Shown here: one piece after another, positions 59,826-64,000 of the stretch
Numbering within the stretch: the first letter of the stretch is position 1
How the letters are laid out: each line of letters starts with the position of its first letter
Source: Alphaproteobacteria bacterium
GTDB taxonomy: Bacteria; Pseudomonadota; Alphaproteobacteria; UBA828
Direction of reading: 5' to 3'
Length of the DNA: 64,000 nt
NCBI GenBank assembly: GCA_965214705.1
Contig: OZ243972.1
Coordinates: 2,368,001-2,432,000, forward strand
Notes under the pieces: generated by a model
What the model saw: the letters and a program-made list of their open reading frames with translations, nothing else
What the model was told of the DNA's origin: nothing
Database searches by the model: none
Program-made: the position numbers and the translations under genes

Positions 59826-61547
59826 ATGAGCACGAAATTCGACAAGTCGAAGCTGCCGAGCAGGCACATCACCGAAGGGGCGAAGAGCGCCGCGCACCGG
59901 TCGTTCTTCTATGCCATGGGCGTCTCCCGCCAGGCGATGAGCCGGCCCATCGTGGGCGTCGCCACCACCTGGAACGAGACCGCGCCCTGCAACATCACGC
60001 TGCGCCGCCAGGCGCTGGCGGCGAAGGCGGGTGTGGACGAGGCCGGCGGCACACCGCGGGAGTTCACCACGATCACGGTGACCGACGGCATCGCCATGGG
60101 CCACCAGGGCATGAAGTCTTCGCTGGTCTCTCGCGACGTGATCGCGGATTCGGTGGAGCTCACCATGCGCGGCCACTCCTACGACGCGCTGGTGGGCATC
60201 GCCGGCTGCGACAAGTCGCTGCCCGGAATGATGATGGCGTTGGTCAGGCTCAACGTGCCGGGCGTCTTCCTCTATGGCGGCTCCATCCTGCCGGGGCGCT
60301 TCCGTGGCAAGGACGTCACGGTGATGGACGTCTACGAGTATTACGGCAAGCTCAACCAGGGCGACGTCACCGAGAAAGACCTTGAGGAGATCGAGGCGGC
60401 GGCATGCCCCTCCGGCGGCTCCTGCGGCGGCCAGTTCACCGCCAACACCATGGCCTGCGTCTCCGAGGCCATCGGCCTCGCGCTGCCGCATTCGGCGGGC
60501 GCGCCGGCGGTCTACGAATCCCGCGACGAGTTCGCCGTGGCCTCCGGCACGTGCGTCATGGACCTGATCGAGAAGAACCTTCGCCCGCGCGACATCGTGA
60601 CCCGCAAGGCGATGGAGAACGCGGCGACGGTGGTGGCGGCGACCGGCGGCTCGACCAACGCGGGGCTGCACCTGCCGGCCATCGCGAACGAGGCGGGGAT
60701 CGACTTCGATCTCGCGGCGGTGGCGGAGGTGTTCAAGCGCACCCCCTACATCGCCGATCTCAAGCCGGGCGGCCGCTACGTCGCGAAGGACCTGTTCGAG
60801 GTCGGCGGCGTGCCCATCGTGCTCAAGGCGCTGCTCGAGGGCGGCTACCTGCACGGCGACTGCGTGACTGTGACCGGCCGCACGCTCGCCGAGAACCTTG
60901 CGGACGTGAAGTTCCCCACCGAGCAGGACGTGGTGGTGCCGACGTCCGCCCCGCTCTCGCCCACCGGCGGCGTGGTGGGGCTCAGCGGCAACCTCGCGCC
61001 GGAGGGCGCCATCGTGAAGGTGGCCGGCCTCTCGCGCCTCCGCCACGTCGGGCCCGCGCGCTGCTTCGACACCGAGGAAGAGGCGATGAAGGCCATCGTC
61101 AGCCGCGACTACAAGTCCGGCGACGTGATCGTCATTCGCTACGAGGGGCCGAAGGGCGGCCCCGGAATGCGCGAGATGCTGGCCGTCACCTCGCAGATCT
61201 ATGGCCAGGGCAAGGGCGAGGAGGTCGCTCTCATCACCGATGGCCGCTTCTCCGGCGCGACGCGGGGCTTCTGTATCGGCCATGTGGGGCCCGAGGCCGC
61301 GGTGGGCGGCCCCATCGCGCTCTTGCGCGATGGCGATCAGGTGACCGTCGATGCGACCAGCGGCGAGCTCAGCGTGGCCCTCTCCGACGCGGAGCTTGCG
61401 GAGCGTCGCAAGTCCTGGACGGAGCGCACGCACGACTACCAGGCCGGCGCGCTCTGGAAGTACGCGGCGACCGTCGGCCCGGCCTATCAAGGTGCGGTGA
61501 CGCACCCCGGCGGTGCGGCGGAAACCCATTGCTTCGCCGACATTTGA
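59826..61547 (+). CDS. ilvD: Dihydroxy-acid dehydratase
   Basis: [35 protein letters not shown]. Confidence 0.97.
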   Translation: MSTKFDKSKLPSRHITEGAKSAAHRSFFYAMGVSRQAMSRPIVGVATTWNETAPCNITLRRQALAAKAGVDEAGGTPREFTTITVTDGIAMGHQGMKSSLVSRDVIADSVELTMRGHSYDALVGIAGCDKSLPGMMMALVRLNVPGVFLYGGSILPGRFRGKDVTVMDVYEYYGKLNQGDVTEKDLEEIEAAACPSGGSCGGQFTANTMACVSEAIGLALPHSAGAPAVYESRDEFAVASGTCVMDLIEKNLRPRDIVTRKAMENAATVVAATGGSTNAGLHLPAIANEAGIDFDLAAVAEVFKRTPYIADLKPGGRYVAKDLFEVGGVPIVLKALLEGGYLHGDCVTVTGRTLAENLADVKFPTEQDVVVPTSAPLSPTGGVVGLSGNLAPEGAIVKVAGLSRLRHVGPARCFDTEEEAMKAIVSRDYKSGDVIVIRYEGPKGGPGMREMLAVTSQIYGQGKGEEVALITDGRFSGATRGFCIGHVGPEAAVGGPIALLRDGDQVTVDATSGELSVALSDAELAERRKSWTERTHDYQAGALWKYAATVGPAYQGAVTHPGGAAETHCFADI

Positions 61548-61572
61548 GCGATCGTCCGGGCGGTCACAGGCC

Positions 61573-62796
61573 ATGACCAAGGATGACGGCGACAAGGGGC
61601 GCTACCGGGACGAGACCCTGCTCTCGGTGCTCGGCCGAGACCCCGCGGCGAACCACGGCGTGGTCAATCCGCCCGTCTATCACGCGTCCACGATCCTGCA
61701 CGAGACGGCGGCGGCGCTGAGGGAAGCCACTTTCGGCGCGCGCCAGTACGGCAAGACCTATTACGGCCGCTACGGCACGCCCACGACCTTTCCGCTCCAG
61801 GATTCCATTGCCGCGCTGGAGCGGGGTCACCGCTGCTATCTGTTCGGCTCCGGCAAGGCGGCGATCGTGGCGGCGCTGCTCGCCTTCGTGAAGAGCGGCG
61901 ACCACGTGCTGATGACCGACAGTGCCTACGGCCCGACGCGGGGCCTTGCGAACGGGCTGCTCAAGCGCATGGGGGTCGAGACCACGTTCTACGACCCCTG
62001 TCTCGGTGTCGGCATCGCCGACCTGATGCGCCCCGAGACCAGCGTGGTGGTGGGCGAATCGCCGGGCTCGATCACCTTCGAGATCCAGGACTTTCCGGCG
62101 CTTGCCGAAGCGGCGCACGCGAATGACGCCGTGCTGATCGTGGACAACACCTGGGCCTCGCCCCTCTTTTGCCAGCCGCTTGCGTTGGGGGCGGACGTCT
62201 CGATCCAGGCCTGCACCAAGTACATCGTGGGCCATTCGGACGCGATGCTGGGCGCGGTCACCACCACCGAGGCCCACGTCGAGCCGGTGCGTCGCATCTT
62301 CGAGGAGCTTGGCGCCGCGCCCGGACCGGACGACTGCTATCTGGGCTTGCGCGGCCTGCGCACGCTCTCCGTCCGCCTGCACCGGCACCAGGAGACCGGC
62401 CTTGCGCTCGCCCGCTGGCTGCAGGCGCGCCCCGAGGTCCGCCAGGTGCTCCACCCCGCGCTGGAGGACGACCCCGGCCACGCGCTTTGGAAGCGCGATT
62501 TTTCCGGCGCCTCCAGCCTCTTCGGCGTGATACTGGAGCCGGTGCCGGAGTCTGCGGTCGATGCCTTCCTCGACTCGCTTGCGCTGTTCGGCCTCGGCTA
62601 CTCGTGGGGCGGCTACGAGAGCCTGGCGCTCCCCACCTATCCGTGGAAGCTTCGGGACGCGACCCGTTGGGACCCGGCCTATCCGCTGCTCCGCATCTAT
62701 GCGGGGCTGGAAGACCCGGACGACCTCATCGCCGACCTGGAAAAGGGATTCGAGCGCATGGCGGCAGCCCGAGACACCGCGACCATGGCCGATTGA
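61573..62796 (+). CDS. metC: Cystathionine beta-lyase
   Basis: VNPPVYHAST, YGRYGTPT, DNTWA, TKYIVGHSD, SWGGYESL. Confidence 0.95.
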   Translation: MTKDDGDKGRYRDETLLSVLGRDPAANHGVVNPPVYHASTILHETAAALREATFGARQYGKTYYGRYGTPTTFPLQDSIAALERGHRCYLFGSGKAAIVAALLAFVKSGDHVLMTDSAYGPTRGLANGLLKRMGVETTFYDPCLGVGIADLMRPETSVVVGESPGSITFEIQDFPALAEAAHANDAVLIVDNTWASPLFCQPLALGADVSIQACTKYIVGHSDAMLGAVTTTEAHVEPVRRIFEELGAAPGPDDCYLGLRGLRTLSVRLHRHQETGLALARWLQARPEVRQVLHPALEDDPGHALWKRDFSGASSLFGVILEPVPESAVDAFLDSLALFGLGYSWGGYESLALPTYPWKLRDATRWDPAYPLLRIYAGLEDPDDLIADLEKGFERMAAARDTATMAD

Positions 62797-63139
62797 AGCG
62801 CCGAGCCCGCGCCTACCCTTGGCGTCCCGCCTCGCGCTTCCCAGCCCGCAATTCCCACCAGGGTCATGGTCTGCGCGGCGCTGTCCGGCCGCCAGGGTAG
62901 GAACGGCGCGCAGCGCGATGCGGGGACATCGGGGGAGTGGCTTGACGCACTCTGTCGGCCGGAGAGCGCCGCCCTTCGGGTCGCGCCCAGGCGCCCGCCC
63001 GCGTCGTCGCGGGCCTCAACCGTATTCCCTGATACGCCTTTCGGCCCGCTCCTCGCGGATCGAACACCTGAGCGCGACGCAGGCCGTGACCGTGGTGAGA
63101 ATTACGGGCTAGATTAGTCACTCGCCATCAGGGGTTCCC

Positions 63140-63607
63140 ATGTACAACTGGTATTTTGAAGACCTGACGCCCGGCGCGCGTTTCGAGAGCCTGGGCAAGA
63201 CCTTGAGCGAAGCCGAGATTCTGGACTTCGCCTTCCAGTACGATCCGCAGCCCTTTCACATCGACATCGAGTACGCCGAGGCCGGTCCCTACGGCGGGCT
63301 CATCGCGAGCGGCATCCAGACCATCGCCGTGGCGCTCCGCATGATGGTCCAGACGCGGGTGTTCGCGCCCGAGATCGTCATGGGCTCGCCGGGAGTCGAG
63401 GAGCTGCGCTGGCTGCAGCCGGTGCGCCCCGGCGACACCATCCGCTCCACCGGGGAGATCCTCGAGACGCGGGTGTCGCGCTCCAAGCCAGAGCGGGGCC
63501 TCGTGCGCTATCGACTGGACGTGCTCAACCAGCGCGACGACGTGGTGATGACCATGACCAGCACCACGATCGTGCGGCGCGAGCCGGCGGCGGGCGGCGC
63601 CGCGTAG
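63140..63607 (+). CDS. MaoC-family dehydratase
   Basis: YFEDL, DPQPFHID, GGLIASG, PVRPGD. Confidence 0.92.
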   Translation: MYNWYFEDLTPGARFESLGKTLSEAEILDFAFQYDPQPFHIDIEYAEAGPYGGLIASGIQTIAVALRMMVQTRVFAPEIVMGSPGVEELRWLQPVRPGDTIRSTGEILETRVSRSKPERGLVRYRLDVLNQRDDVVMTMTSTTIVRREPAAGGAA

Positions 63608-63610
63608 ACC

Positions 63611-64000
63611 TTGGTCGCGACGCTGCAGCGGTGGGTGGGCGCGCGCGCCATCCCGCTCCTCGTCGCGGCGGCCAGCGCCGGCCTGCTGCTCGGCGCCTAT
63701 CTCTCCCAACATGTGGGCGAGCTTCATCCTTGTCCGCTCTGCCTGATTCAGCGCTATCCCCACTTCGCCGTCATTGGGCTGGGCCTCGTCGCCGCCATCG
63801 TCGCGGGCGGCCGGGCGCGGATGGCGCTGCTCGCGCTCTGTGGCCTCGCGCTCCTGGTGACGACCGGCTATGGCGTCTACCATGTCGGCGTCGAGCAGGG
63901 CTGGTTCGCGAGCGCGTGCGCCGCGCCGATGAGCGGCGGCACCATCGAGGACATCAGGGCCCAGGTCATGAACGCGCCGCTCACCCGCTGCGACGAGGTT
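63611..64000 (+). CDS. dsbB: Disulfide bond formation protein B (partial, runs off window)
   Basis: Own translation from TTG 63611 gives ...LHPCPLCLIQRYP...YHVGVEQGWF..C...RCDEV; absent from the ORF track because no stop in window. Confidence 0.9.
   Translation, partial: MVATLQRWVGARAIPLLVAAASAGLLLGAYLSQHVGELHPCPLCLIQRYPHFAVIGLGLVAAIVAGGRARMALLALCGLALLVTTGYGVYHVGVEQGWFASACAAPMSGGTIEDIRAQVMNAPLTRCDEV

Noticed and set aside
59151-61595. Long antisense or alternative-frame ORFs (also 41754-43517, 55258-56994, 7970-9553, 5335-6975, 30432-32099)
   Set aside because: Shadows of real genes, expected in high-GC DNA; no recognisable motifs.
62900-63080. Possible tRNA or glycine riboswitch
   Set aside because: No cloverleaf with a proper T-arm; GGAGAG present but the CCGAAG and CTCAGG elements are not arranged as required.

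Overview
High-GC alphaproteobacterial chromosome segment (lpxI, popZ, olsBA, TIGR02186; Rhodospirillales-like, inferred). 1-14.6 kb: amine-catabolism region with a non-pyrrolysine MttB-family methyltransferase, LysR, PotABCD-like ABC transporter, FadR/GntR regulator and an operon of FAD oxidoreductase, glutamine-synthetase-like ligase, three N-methylglutamate-synthase-like subunits and a 130-aa hypothetical gene. 14.6-23.85 kb: accessory block of two tandem units, delimited by three direct copies of the 3' end of that 130-aa gene (att-like, no integrase in the window). Each unit carries an autotransporter whose passenger is a tandem Cache-like ligand-binding module; unit 1 also carries a VapBC45-like toxin-antitoxin pair and an IS1634 with intact ends inserted in the autotransporter leader. 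23.85-33 kb: amidase, GGT, racemase-family, aminotransferase, cold-shock, hydantoinase B and DMT genes. 33-64 kb: housekeeping (lpxB-lpxI-lpxA-fabZ-lpxD-skp-bamA-rseP, glnD-murJ-trpS, nfuA, tsaB, olsAB, fur, popZ, valS, ilvD, metC, dsbB) with signs of local rearrangement including a rimI-like stub. No tRNA, rRNA or CRISPR array was recognised. All family calls are by motif recognition, not database search.
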